Part shown: piece by piece, positions 1 through 12,839 of the stretch | Layout: each line of letters begins with the position of its first letter | Numbering within the stretch: the first letter of the stretch is position 1 | Source: Novakomyces olei | Lineage: Eukaryota | Direction: 5' to 3' | Assembly (NCBI GenBank): GCA_016906335.1 | Contig: JADEYG010000007.1 | Location: 434,001-498,000, forward strand | DNA: 64,000 nt | Made by a program: the position numbers and the translations under genes | The notes under the pieces: model-generated | The model's database searches: none | What the model was told of the DNA's origin: nothing | What the model saw: only the letters and a program-made list of their open reading frames with translations

Positions 1-1707
1 TCGCCTGCCCTAACAAAAAATCGAAAATCTTCCGGTGCCTCAAACACCAGGACAATCGTAGAACCGAGGTTAAACCCTCCAATTTCTTCGCCCTTTGCAA
101 CTGGATGCCCGCGTAGAATGAATGAAGAGTCAGAATAAGTCGCCTCAGAGAATCCGCGAGAGTTTAATTTTTCCTTTTTGTTTATAGTATTTGTGCGCAA
201 GAATTTATCGAATTTGATCCGAATGGACCCTACATTAGTAGCACCAACGGGTGTCATACTCATAAACCCCCAGCGATATTTCCCGAGCAAAGCAACACGC
301 TCATTAAGCACAAAAAGATTGCTTATCTTTCTAGCTACATAGGGGGACACGCTGTACAAATCACCCGGAAAGTGACGTCGGGTCTCGACTACCCAACTAG
401 CAGGCGAATGAAATCGATGATAGTCACCTGGTGCGAGGTAAATAACGGCGAAGAAAAGTTTACGCGGACCATCTTGACCTAGGATTCCAGCCCCGGCTTC
501 TTGAACGACTTTTAATATTGACGAAGTGCTACTCTTTGCATCGTAAACGGAAGCATCTGTACCGGCCCGGCTTCCAGAGCCGATGAGATCGCCGAGAGAG
601 TAAGCGATACCATTGACCTCCGCAAATTCTTTATCGGTTACGTGCTGCATATCGTCACGTTCAAATTTTACGGTCTCCGCATCGGTTCCAGAATCAGACG
701 AACTTGACCCGAGCAAAGCATCCAACGAGTACGTCAGCCCTTTGACTTGTTCAATGCGATCCTCGTCCACTATTCCCAAGTGTAATACCCGCCCATCTGC
801 TGGGGACACCTAACGAGTGTTAGATGATTTATTTGATAAAACACTGAAAATAAAATAAAATCAATAAAATGAAGGCAAGAGACTCCATACTATTGGTGCA
901 TCTGCTATTGGCCGTTTTGACATATCAATTTCGCGATAAAAGAATTCAGCCAAGTTTCGGTATTTTTGTAGATCCTTTTCTTTGAGCTCATCAAAGTTGC
1001 AACCAAACAGCCATCCGTATAATCGATAACCAGGGCCCCTCATCCAAATCGGGAGATCAATCTCATTAAATTTGCCCCAAAGCCGTGAAATACTGTTCAG
1101 AGGTAGAGTACTCAGAACGCGTACCTAGCACAATTAGAATTGCAATGGTCAAGAACAATTGCTGATACACAGCGATCAAAAGTTTACAAATACAAAAATT
1201 AAACAGAAATGTATATAAAAAAGAACAAAATAAAAGAATGAACGTTAAAAAAAAACAGACAACAAAGAGCAGAAATAAAAATATAGGACTAAACAACGCA
1301 AATGCCATGCAAACAATGTGCCAAAAAATTCATACCTGCCATGGTCCAGTAGGTCTGACTTTCTCTTCATCCTGTGTCTGATTGTCTCCGCGAAACCGCT
1401 TGTATGCATGCAACGCAATGACTACGGCAATTCCCACGCCCACAGGCAAATTGTACCATTCAACCTTGGTCTTACTCAAAGCCGCCCGCAGCCTATGCCG
1501 AAAAGAAACAGAAGGATCTTTCCCCGAACCCTTTTTATTGTATTTAAATTGAGAATTCTCCGTCTGTTGCTGGCGCTGCAGAAAAGGCCGTCCGGTGGAG
1601 AATCGCACACGCAAACGTCCATCCCGTCGTGCGCCAGAGAATCGTGGCAGCGGCACGAATTGCAGCCCAGCTCGGCCTGTACGTAGCCCTCGCTGCCACG
1701 CTTTCAT
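1..1707 (-). CDS. PSD1: Mitochondrial phosphatidylserine decarboxylase proenzyme 1 (3' end runs off window)
   Basis: Spliced exons (introns 1125-1335 and 810-890) give W-Q-VRVLSTLPLNSISRLWG, YRNLAEFFYR, VSPADG, YLAPGDYHRFHSP and the autocatalytic GGFNLGSTIVLVFEAP motif; Arg-rich N-terminus from ATG at 1707. Confidence 0.93.
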
Positions 1708-2154
1708 TCTTTTCTTGTGATATTTACGTTTCACTAAACCCTCTGTGAGGTAACCGCGTGCTCTAAAGCTCTATAAACGCGTTGCCGATAGGATCCAAGC
1801 AGCTACAATCACATGAAGAATAATGAATATTGCCAGTATAGAATATTATCAAGAATATTATCAAGAATATTATATAAATAATGTATTTAAATAATGTATT
1901 TAAATAGTAAATAGTAAACATCGAATGCTGAATTAACTGGATTAATACTGAATTAATACTGAATTAAATTAATATTAATTGTAGCAAAACAATAATATTT
2001 GAAACAACGAGCCAAAAAGACAGGACAATTCTATAGTACAAACCAGATTGGCGACGGCCAATTGCACTCGCTCACGGCTGAAAGAGAACCAAAACAAACA
2101 CTTTAATGATACAAAATGGTTAATTGATTGCATTTGATCAAGATTTATGCCGAA

Positions 2155-2858
2155 ATGCTCTCGCCAAAGGCCGGTCTTAAAGAAATCGGTTCCTTTGCCC
2201 GCTGGCAGGTCTCCAGCTCGCGTGAAGGCCATGGGCCTGAGCTTTTACGCGACCAGAACCCGGAAACTTATTGGCAGTATGTTTTGCGCTTTATGGGTTT
2301 ATGCATAGCTAATTCTGTGTAGGTCGGACGGCGCGCAGCCGCATTACATCAATATTAGTTTTCCTAAACGCGTCCAAATAAAGGTAATTAATATAATATT
2401 GTGGAGTACCGCATTTCTAACACGTGCACAGGAAGTGCATCTCTACACGTCATACAAACTGGACGAGTCTTATACCCCCGCAAATATCACGTTTTTGGCG
2501 GGAACCGACTTTCATGATTTGCAAAAAGTTGTCAATATAACGCTCGGAGAATCCGTCGAAGGTTGGACTCGTGTATCCGTTGGACAGTACGGGACAGAGT
2601 AAGAATCTGATTGCAACTTGCTGCCCCCAATCTAACAAATCACAGTGGCGTGCTTGACTGTTTTATGCTGCAAATAAACATCAATTCAAATCAGCAAAAC
2701 GGGAAGGACACGCACCTTCGTATGGTCCATATTTACGCCCCGGAAACGTAAACCCTAAATTTACTTGCGTCTACTAATCTGATAGTCCCGGCATCGAACA
2801 CGACAGCGAGATACCCTTTACCAGCACCTTGTTTACACAGCATCTTAGCATTAGATAG
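2155..2858 (+). CDS. APC10: Anaphase-promoting complex subunit 10 (Doc1/Apc10)
   Basis: Multi-exon: WQVSS..G, ETYWQ/SDGAQPHYINI, DESYTP, NQQNGKDTHLR and C-terminal IR tail (..LSIR*). Confidence 0.92.
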
Positions 2859-2939
2859 AATTATAGTACGTGTATTTATAATACTTTTATTTCGTCTACT
2901 AGGAACATCATTACCATAGCTTTTTCATGTATTTTGCGT

Positions 2940-5900
2940 CTAAAAACTGCGTCCGCGAACATCCTCAATCTTTTTACATACATCGGAAACGCTTCGTTCC
3001 AGTTCGTTAGCGATCCGCTCCTTTTTATCCATCGGTAGCTGCAAATACCTCTCACAAAAATCCCCATCCACCACACCTTTGCACGGAGCATAATAACCCC
3101 GATAAACTAAATGATCCCGGCCTGTAAGCGGAGGGTCTTCTGTCCGCAGAGCCATTTCAAGATGCGTGAAAAAGTCAACGTCATCACGACTCGCCAATGG
3201 CAAAATTATCCCTATCGTACCCGACAATCCCGAATAAACAAGAATATCGCGGCCGCCACTAACCATTGCCACCTTTTGTATCGATGTGGGGATATCGCCG
3301 AGAAAATAATGTGCCAATAAATTAAGTTTGAACGAGGCACCATTCAAGTAGGGTTTTTCCTGTAGTAAAGTAGACCCGTTAGGATCACTGTCGGATAGTT
3401 CAGATGCCTTTTCCGGGCAGCGCAAGAGCCAGAAATTACCAAATCTGTCTCCGCCCGCGGTCGTTTCATAATCCACCATTGTCATGCAAGTTGTCCATCG
3501 GCTGATAAAATCATCTGCAAAAATAATCAAATGATTGTCCTCATACTTGTACACACAATAGGATAAAGAGTCCTTAATGTCACCAATGACGATACGTGAT
3601 CCCTGTGATTGAAGCGAAACTACAAGGTTCGGAACCTGTGTCTCGCACTTTCTAAGAAGCCTTTTCATACCAATATCGTACAGCCGGACTGCTTTGCCTA
3701 TGCCCGCTAGGATGCGGCCCTGGTAAGCAATGAGAGCACGCGGAACGTCTTCCGTGTCCGTCTTATGGACAAAAGTCAGGGCTTGTCCGTCCTCTGATAT
3801 TTGGTAAATATGTATAAAGCCTTTAGCACAGCCTGGAGGAGAAAGCTTGACATCCTTGCCTGTACCGACAGCCAAATAGTAATTCTCAGAATTATGAAAT
3901 GTAACCACTGCCAAGCTCATGGCCGCCTCATTGTCTTCCAACATTATTTCTCCATACTCTGACAGGTTAATAGGATCAACGCAGGTAATGCTAGACGCCC
4001 AGCGGCCCTGTTCGTAGATAGAATTTGTTCTTTGTGGTATATTTTTGGCCTTCTCCAAAACGCCGTTCGTTGAGTCACCGTTTATCTCTTTAGTTTTGGA
4101 CTCTGCAACATTTTGATCGGCTCCGATCACGTAAAAGACAGGCTCGAGTGGATGATTGACAAACTTCCGTGGCGTCAAATTGAGCGGCATCACCTGCTGC
4201 TTGATTTGCTGGCCCAATTCTTCAGGGTAAAAGATTCTATATTCACGTTAGCAAAGATTCTACGCGTAGCTGAAATATTAATTATCCATTCAATTTTTAT
4301 TCTTGCAGAAAGAAAAGGTTTAAAGCGTCATGTTCTTCAGTAGGAACAATTGGAAATAATGATTTTTTTCGACATCAGTAAATTCCGAATAGTTTCATCA
4401 TCCTTAGGACATTATTCGCTTTATCCAACTTCATTTTGTATATTTCATATATTCCTGTCTTTGGCTTACCGTAAAACTTCATTCGAAATACCAACCACCC
4501 CCTCAGGGCACTGCTCACTGGAAAACGACCAGCCATAATCAAGCCGATCGTAGCTTAGGGGTGCCAGTTGAAGCGAATTCTGATGGGTATAACTTAGCCA
4601 TGAGCGCGAAGAAAGAGCAAGCACAGCAGACTGACCCTCGGCTTTAACATTAAACAGTGAGACTGGCTTTGTTCCCAAGAACCGGGTGCGTGTATCCTTC
4701 AACTGGCCCGAAGTTATGTCCAAGACAGTCCGCAGGTAAACACCACTCGCTAACCCAATGTGCAGAAAATGTGTGACGTCAAAGCTCTCAGACATGGTGT
4801 TCAAGACCAAAGAATTGGCCGGTGATGAAAGTGCTTGCACTGACAGATTCTCCAATGTTGTATCCGGATCCAGCGAGAGAATCCTCACCGTACTGTCCTC
4901 ACAGCCAACGGCCAAGAAGGAATTACGTTGAATGCCTTCCGGAACACTGCCAATACTCAGGGCAGTAACGTTGCCTCCCATGTCCTTGCGGTCTTGATAC
5001 TCGTTGAGTTGGCCCTCGAAATCCATTTCAAAATAGACCAGCTCACACGATGAAAGCGCTAATACGATCTGCCTATTGTTGGCAGTGGCCTTGACTACTG
5101 TTGAGCGGCCGCTCGTTTTCCATTCGTTTATTTGCTTGTCTGCCCTAATGTGACGGATACCACGAGGATGAATTTGAACAAGAGAGTCGTCTCCCAGCTG
5201 TTGTACTGCCATTGTAGGCACAGACAGTAAGAAACCTGAATCAACGACCTCTTCTACCGTCTCACCAATCGTCAGCACTAGCGTTCCATTAGCAAAGGAG
5301 AGTATTATATACGAATCGTATGCATCATCTTTGTGCAATTTGGTCGTGAAAACTGCGTTGGGGATAGCAGGAAGCTCTGACGATACAAGCTCAGAGACGG
5401 AAATTCCTCGGGTGAGTTTCCGTAAGGAAGATCGACTTTGTGATCCACACAAAGCGTAAATGTCTGGGGAATCCTCGCCTGTTAGATTCAACACTTTACA
5501 GTCAACCAAGGGGTCTAATGAAGACATGGAATCGACAAGTACAAGGTTCTCAAGTGGCTCAACCATAAAATGCACAGATTGATTCGGATCTTTGCTGTAA
5601 TCGACTGAAGATAGTTCGGTGCGATTGTCGTCGTCTCCAAGTTTGATGAATTGGTACAAGTGGTGATCACTGCTTTCCGATATACTGAACAGGTAACCGC
5701 TTCTAAAAATCAAAAGCGAATTCGCCGAAGGAATAGTATCAAAATATTTGATTTTTACAGAAAGAGCATGCTTTTTATCCTCGGAAAGGTCAACCGTCAG
5801 CTTGAATAGATCTCCATCCTCATTTTGTAATAATACGAAAAAGATTCCCTTCATTCGGTGCGTTACAAAAGCTGTTATTAAACGCGGACTCTTTGTTCCT

Positions 5901-6869
5901 GCCCGCGAGGGTATGGGAAGCCGCAGACTTTGTGCGTGATGATGCATATATGTAATAAAGCCGTCAGAGCAAACAAGCACACCAGATGGACCATCCTTGC
6001 CTCCCGGCACGGGTATCAACAAATTGGCAGAGCGGTCCACTGCTTCACTAAAACGTCGAACTACGTGATTCAATCCAAGATCAAGTTCATAGTAGGTCAA
6101 GACTTTCTCGACACGCGAATAAGCGTCGGGAGAAGGGTCATCATTGACATCACTATAGTCGATCTCAAGAGCAGCGAAAATAGGATTCTCAAAGCCAACA
6201 TCAAGACTCTTCACGTCAAAAAGAATAGTCTGGGGTTTGTGAGCCTCCAGGGGACTGGAGATCGTAAGATTTGCAGCAGAATCGCGATTTAGAACATAGA
6301 CAATTTTGCTCTTTTCCACAGAGGCAATCATGCAAGTACGTCCCTTAGGGTCCACCGCCAAATACTGACCAGGTACAACTCGCCGTATTCCAGTCTTGCC
6401 AAACGTCTCCATGTGAACTCGCGCAAAAGTTTTCGTTTCTGGTCGGTACTCCAATATGGTTATTCGGCCGGAATCACTTCCCACAATGATATAGTCTACC
6501 TGTTAGATTTCCTGATATTTACCATTACAATTCGTTTTGCTTTGCAATTGGTTTGCTTTGCAATTGATATTGCTTTGTTTTGAATCTAAATAGGGACAAG
6601 AAACGTCATTATTTTCTCTTACCTTTGGGACTGCCTGTGAGACGAAACGCCGCGAGTGATCTGACAATCCCAAATACTTCATGCTGGCAAATTTCTTTGA
6701 GTTTAGCGTTTTCCGTATCCAGGCGCCATAGAGAAAGGGACCGCGCTGTAGCCGTCAATACTTCCTGCTGCTTTGTACCGGAAAATTGGCCAATTACAGC
6801 TGTCTTAAAAGCAGTCGACCGATTAACAGTTAACGCATACAGGTACAAATTCGGCGTAATTGACGCCAT
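2940..6869 (-). CDS. RSE1: U2 snRNP SF3b subunit Rse1/SF3B3
   Basis: Three exons; [66 protein letters not shown] introns at about 6497-6621 and 4237-4469. Confidence 0.97.
4330..4412 (-). ncRNA. Intronic box C/D snoRNA, snR41-like guide for 18S rRNA Am541
   Basis: Minus strand: box C ATGATGA (4401-4395), D' CTGA (4378-4375), D CTGA (4340-4337), terminal stem ATGTcCT/AGaACAT; 13-nt guide TCCAATTGTTCCT complementary to conserved 18S AGGAACAAUUGGA. Confidence 0.88.
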
Positions 6870-7250
6870 TTAGGCTCAAGTAGAGCACACTCGTGCCGCC
6901 AGTCGAGACAGTTAATGCTTCTCCGCCCCAACTGATGCTCTATGATACCGTTAAAAGGGAAGAAGAGGCAAGAATTCACAGTCGCAAAAGACGCCTTATG
7001 CGATTGATCAATTTTATTTATTCGCTTTTAAATAAATGAATAAGATCCACATATACACAGCAATATCAGGGATGCGTTACATGTAAAATACTCCAAGCTA
7101 TATTACTAGAAATTGCTGAATAAATAACGATATGTGTATTTATATATATTTTATATTATACACACGTACTATATTTGCTCACATTTATCTATACAGCCGC
7201 GATATGGATGAGCACGGGCTCGCCTAGTCATTTGGCCGCGTGAGCCGTCA

Positions 7251-9562
7251 ATGGCGGATAAGAGCGCTCCTGCGGGGGCCGATGATAATAAAAAACTCAA
7301 GGGTAAGGCAGTGTCTGAATTGAGTGTTTCTTATAGCCAACAAGACTCTTTCCCCTCGTATGCGAAGAACGTGCTGTGTCGCAATATCGTTATCCACGGA
7401 TACTGCAAGTACGCAGACAAGGGCTGCGCGTTCAATCATGACCAGCAATTCGTAAGAAAGCCTTTGGCCGTATCGTGTTGCTGATCAAAAGCAATCTTCT
7501 AAAGCTACACAGTCACCTGAAATTGCGTCGTAAGCGCCATTTGTGAACCACGAACTGTTACTAAGTTTCAAGCAAAGCTCCACTCAAAGCAGAATCGCCT
7601 CTTTTCACACCAGCTGCGACGCAACCTCCTGCTCCAAGTTTTACTCCTGCAGCTGCTGCGTTTAAGCCATCAGGACGATCTATAGTTGCACCTGGATCGA
7701 TTAAAGCAGCTCCTTTTGTGCCCAAGAGTACTGCTAGTTCTAAAAAGCATTTGCTAACACAAGTAGGTACTCAAGCCTCGCCAGTTGGCTCATTCGCGTC
7801 TTTAAAGTAATTGCATATTCTTTTACTTTTTTGTTCTTACCCAAAGACTTTCTGGTGCGGATGCGACGCCTGATTTCGGCGGACGGCCGACGACGGCGGC
7901 TGCTTTCCAAGGTGGCTTGAACATGGTGTGCTCATTATTATCCGTGGTAGCAGCATTGTGCTAATTATCCCTGCACAGAAGAGCTCAGAGTACGATGAAA
8001 TCCCATCGAATCAGACTATGCCAAACGATTACTACACCGGTCCTTATTCACGGGTATACACTTGCGCTTTACGTCAATTATCACTAATTTCTTTTCCAGC
8101 CCAAATACCACCTTTATTCATCTGTCGCAAATTCTTCCGGAAACACAGATGCATATTTGAGAAAGGTGGCTGACTACACGGTAAAACCAAGCCTCAGAGA
8201 GCTATTATGGGACAAGATGGCGGAGAAGTTAAGATTTGATCCAGGTATCTACTTTATCCGCTATGTTTTATACTAATGTAAAGATACAAATTTTCCCTCA
8301 TACATATATCCTTTCCATTCGTTCACGGTCATTGACAGCCAAAACTCCCGAAATGACCGGGTATTTGGACATTCTTCCATCATGTACAAAGCTATCAACG
8401 CAAATGATGGTGAAGTTTATGCAGTGCGCCGGATAGAAAGTATGATTCAGCCTTTTCTACTATATGTTTCAAATGCTAATTCTCAAAGACTGCGATCTCT
8501 CACAAGAGGGACGGATAACGAGGGTAAACAAGTGGGCAAAATTAAAGTCTTCAAATCTAATATCTGTGCACTCTGCTTTTACCACACACAAGTTTGGTGA
8601 TCATTGTAAGCAGCTTCATGTGTACAGAAGCTTTTCTAACACGTATAGCCGTCTGTTTTGTTATGGATTACTTCCCCAAAAGCACAACGCTATATAGCGT
8701 TCATTTTGGGCAAAATCCCTTATTCGGTCCGCGTATGCTTGATACAGGATCTAGAGTGGTTCCTGAACACGCTCTTTGGTCATATTTTGTTCAGATATCA
8801 AATGCTTTACGCGTAGTCCATCAAGCCGATTTGGCGGTACGAACGTTGGACTCTACAAAGATAATCGTCACCGGTGGTAGTGGCGATGATAGAATACGTC
8901 TGTCAAGTTTGGGTATTATTGATGTCCTTGATGACAGCAATTATGATATGAAAGAGTTACAAAGAACGGATCTGGTTTTATTTGGCCATCTTATGGTTAT
9001 ATTTACAACAAACAATCCTGCCGCATTGCTATCATTAGAGCGATCTATGGATCTGATTGCTGAAAAGTATTCTCCCGAAATGTATCAGGCCCTTTTATAC
9101 TTGGTGCACGCTGATGAAACACACAATATCTATGATTTTCAACGGCAAATATCCGGCCGGATCTCGGAACAGCTCGATGCGTCTGGGTTCGGGAATGACG
9201 AATTAGTGGATGCTCTTTGTAAGGAGATCGAGAATGGACGTGTGGCACGGTTGTTAATAAAACTCTCCATCGTGCTCGATCGTCCAAAATTTCGTCTTGA
9301 TGATGGGTCAGAGAACGAACAGCAAGCAAATCAATTTGTGCTAAGACTCTTTCGTGACTATGTGTTCCATCAAGTGGACGAGGCGGGCAATGCAGTTTTA
9401 GATTTTGGACACATACTAGGGTGCTTAGCAAAGCTAGATGCCGGTAGCGAGGAAAAGATTTTACTAGTTTCGCCGGACGAGCAAACGTGTATAATTCCTA
9501 CATTTGCAGAACTAGGCCAAATTCTACAGCGAGAGTTTGAGCCGTATCAACGGCAGACGTAG
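7251..9562 (+). CDS. PAN3: PAN2-PAN3 deadenylase subunit Pan3
   Basis: N-terminal CCCH finger (CRNIVIHGYCKYADKGCAFNH), PAM2-like LKAESPLFTP, pseudokinase, ENGRVARLLIKL, LFRDYVFHQVD; about 9 short introns. Confidence 0.95.
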
Positions 9563-9617
9563 ATAACTAATCAAAAACCAATAAAAGCTGTTTAAACATT
9601 TAAATGTGCTTTTGAAA

Positions 9618-10174
9618 TTATTCTTGTAGAAAAGGATTCGGTATCTCGCGACTGCCGTCAGCCGGTGCAATCAGCGTGATAGTGGTGCCGCGAACAACGA
9701 CAAGGCCAAGTGGCCTTTTCTTGTCTGTAAGTTTACCTTCCTCGTCTGTAGCATTAGCATAATCAGTTCTCTGCAAACGACTTACCCCGCAAAACCTCCT
9801 CCACATCATCCAAAACAAGATTCAGTAATTGATCAAAGCCTTTAAGCGTCCCGATTGCTATGTGACATTAGTCTCAAACTTTAATTAATGTAGATAGATA
9901 TATACCTTCCCGGCCGCCAGCAAATTTGACCGCAATAGATTGACCACGGTATTTTTCAAGGTCTAGAATTGCTTCACGCTTGCTAAAAAAATTAGAATTC
10001 AACGCGGTCCACTTGATTCTCTGATCGACTTACGGCCGTTCTCTGCAATAACATAAGCGTGCATTCTAGAAAACAAACTTACGATGATGAATGGCCTCCT
10101 CTGCTATGACCGCCACGGCCACGCGCTGCCTAAAATTGTAAGTAAGCCAAAGACAAGATCAGTACCTGTTCCAT
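9618..10174 (-). CDS. LSM7: U6 snRNA-associated Sm-like protein Lsm7
   Basis: Six exons join in frame: MEQ-AARGRGG..SERPKREAILDLEKY..KFAGGRE..GTLKGFDQLLNLVLDDVEE..LGLVVVRG..EIPNPF. Confidence 0.94.
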
Positions 10175-10387
10175 TGGTGAACTTGCCGTTCGTAAATTCT
10201 ACAGGCTCTGCGCTGTGTATCGCATCTTTATATTGTACTATTATTTATTTATATATTATGTCTATTGGGTTTATCTGCCACCGTAATGTAGTCCAGTTTG
10301 CTGTTATATGCACGAAAGGCTATCTAAAGTGCGATTTTAAGTGAAAAATCGTTGCTTATTTCAACAATAAGGCGTTGTAAATAGCGT

Positions 10388-10446
10388 AATTGGTATTAAA
10401 TTGGTATTAAATTGGTATTAAATTGGTATTAAATTGGAATTAAATT
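10388..10446. repeat. 11-bp tandem repeat (AATTGGTATTA) x~5
   Basis: Direct reading; lies in the LSM7/KAP95 divergent intergenic region. Confidence 0.85.
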
Positions 10447-10892
10447 AAATCTCGAGACATGAATATTAAATACAATCTCATACTCAGCTATTGATAATTC
10501 TAACAACGAAGTAAATAAATAATATACTGAAGAAATTTTAATTTTGCTCAGTATTCGGGCACGTTAAAAATCTTGCCCTTTTCATATATGATACAAAATC
10601 GCCATATAATTAATATTGTTTATACAATTTCAAGATCCTGGTTTAAATACACGCACCTTCACACTACTTAAACTCTATACGTGAACAACCGGAGGAAAAA
10701 TTCAACGGGCCAAGGCCTGCTGTCAATAGGCGCGAGCAGAGCTCATTCGTCACACGGCTAGTTTAGCCCTGCGGCAGTAGCTGGACTGTTCCGTATCACA
10801 AGAATTATAGGAAAAGGATCAAACAATATCAACTAAACATCGCTCGTTAAGTACGGTCAAGTCTTCACGCATCTCAAATCACGAAAGCAGCA

Positions 10893-12802
10893 ATGGACGT
10901 ACGAACACTGCTGCAGAATACTCTGCACACAGATGCTGCCGTACGTGCTGACGCGGAAGCACAGCTCTCTAGAGCCAGCAGCGAGAATTTTGTAAGCCTG
11001 CTTGCACTGGGAAACTGCAATTTTTATTAACGTGATAGCCGCTGTACATGGTCACGCTCGTGAAGGAGTTAGAAAACGACGAGAGCCCTTCAATTGTCCG
11101 CACGGCTTCTGGTCTCGCGTTGAAAAACGCTCTCACTGCAAGGGTAAGTAGTGTAGAGCGGTGTTTGCGGGTCCTTTATTAACATATATACAAGGAGCAA
11201 AGCCGGCGGCACGATTACCAACAACGATGGCAATCGATCGACACAGATACGAAAAATCAGATTAAAAACAGCGTAAGTAACTCAAAAAATTGTGGTTAAA
11301 AGTGGGGCTGACGTTTAGTCGTTAAAGGCTCTTGGTGCTACCGACACCAAAGCAGGTCAGGCGGCGGCACAGTTTATTGCAGCGATTGCCGCATTTGAGC
11401 TGCCCACGGGCCAGTGGCCAGAGTTGATGACGTTTTTGGTGTCGAGTGTTTCTGATCCAAACAATTCGGCTACTCTCAAGCAGCATACTCTGCAGGCAAT
11501 CGGTTATATCTGCGAATCAACTGATCCTGCTAGTCTAACAGCACAGTCCAATTCGATTCTCACTGCCGTTGTTCAGGGAGCAAGGAACGATGAGCCAAGT
11601 CCACAAGTTCGTTTGGCTGCTATTAATGCACTGTACGATTCTCTGGTGTTTGTGAGAGAGAATTTTGCCCACGAAGGAGAAAGGAATTTCATAATGCAAG
11701 TAGTCTGTGAAGCAACACAAAGCGAGCAAAGCGAGATTCAAGTAGCTGCGTTTGGGTGTCTTGTGCGAATTATGAACCTCTACTACGATTATATGCAATT
11801 CTACATGGAAAAGGCCCTGTTTGGCCTTACTGTACTCGGTATGCGCAATGGAGATGAGCAGGTGGCTTTGCAGGCAGTGGAGTTTTGGAGTGCTGTTTAT
11901 GAGGAGGAGATTGAAATTCAAATCGAGGCTCAGGAAGCTCTTGAACTTGGCGAACAGCCGGAACGGCAGAGCCATCAGTTTGCTAGAGCTGCTCTCCCCG
12001 AAGTGCTTCCTGTTCTCCTGCATCTGCTTTGCAATCAAGACGAAGACGCAGATGAAGATGATTGGAACGTTGCAATGGCCGCCGGCTCCTCCATCGAGAT
12101 GCTTTCGCAGTGTGTGGAGGGCCTGATAGTCGGCCCTGTACTGACATTTATTGAGGGCAATATTCATAGTGATAACTGGAAACACCGGGATGCTGCTGTA
12201 ATGGCATTTGGATCTATCCTGGACGGTCCAGACCCAACTACACTTGAGCCGCTGGTCCAGCAGGCTCTGCCCGTGCTGATCGGCATGATGTCTGACCCAG
12301 TCGTGCAAGTCCGGGACACTGTCGCCTGGACTTTAGGTCGGGCTTCTAATTTTGTTCTCTCGGCCATTTCTATAGACATGCATCTCCCGCCAATGGTGGC
12401 AGCTCTCCTGACGGGCCTGGGCGATAATCCTCGTGTTGTTGCAAACTGCTGTTGGGCTATCATGAACTTGGCCTTAGGGTTCAGTCCCGATGATGTTACT
12501 GCTCAGACAGGAGTAATGTCTCCGTATGCTGAAGCCATCTTTACCCAACTCTTGCGGGTCACAGAGCAAAGCCACAACGAGCAAAACAGCCGCACCTCAG
12601 CCTACGAAGCGTTGTCGACTTTTACGGCCGAATGCCCACAAGATTGTGTTACTTTTGTGCAAGGACTGTACAATATCGTGGTTGAGCGGCTAGAGGCGTC
12701 AATTGTTCAGCAGTCACAGCTCCTAAGTGTTGAGGAACGGACGGGCCATGAGGAACTTCAGTCTAACCTGTGCAGCTTGTTGATGGTATGATTTTGCGGT
12801 TA

Positions 12803-12839
<37 letters not shown>

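Noticed and set aside
1125-1335. Other long introns (PSD1, SMC5, MKT1, OAC1, CID1) as snoRNA hosts
   Set aside because: Filled with low-complexity T-rich or AT-rich sequence; no C/D or convincing H/ACA architecture seen
11535-12308. Long antisense and alternate-frame ORFs (257 aa here, and others inside SMC5, MUB1 and the mucin gene)
   Set aside because: Shadows of well-conserved genes with no independent motifs
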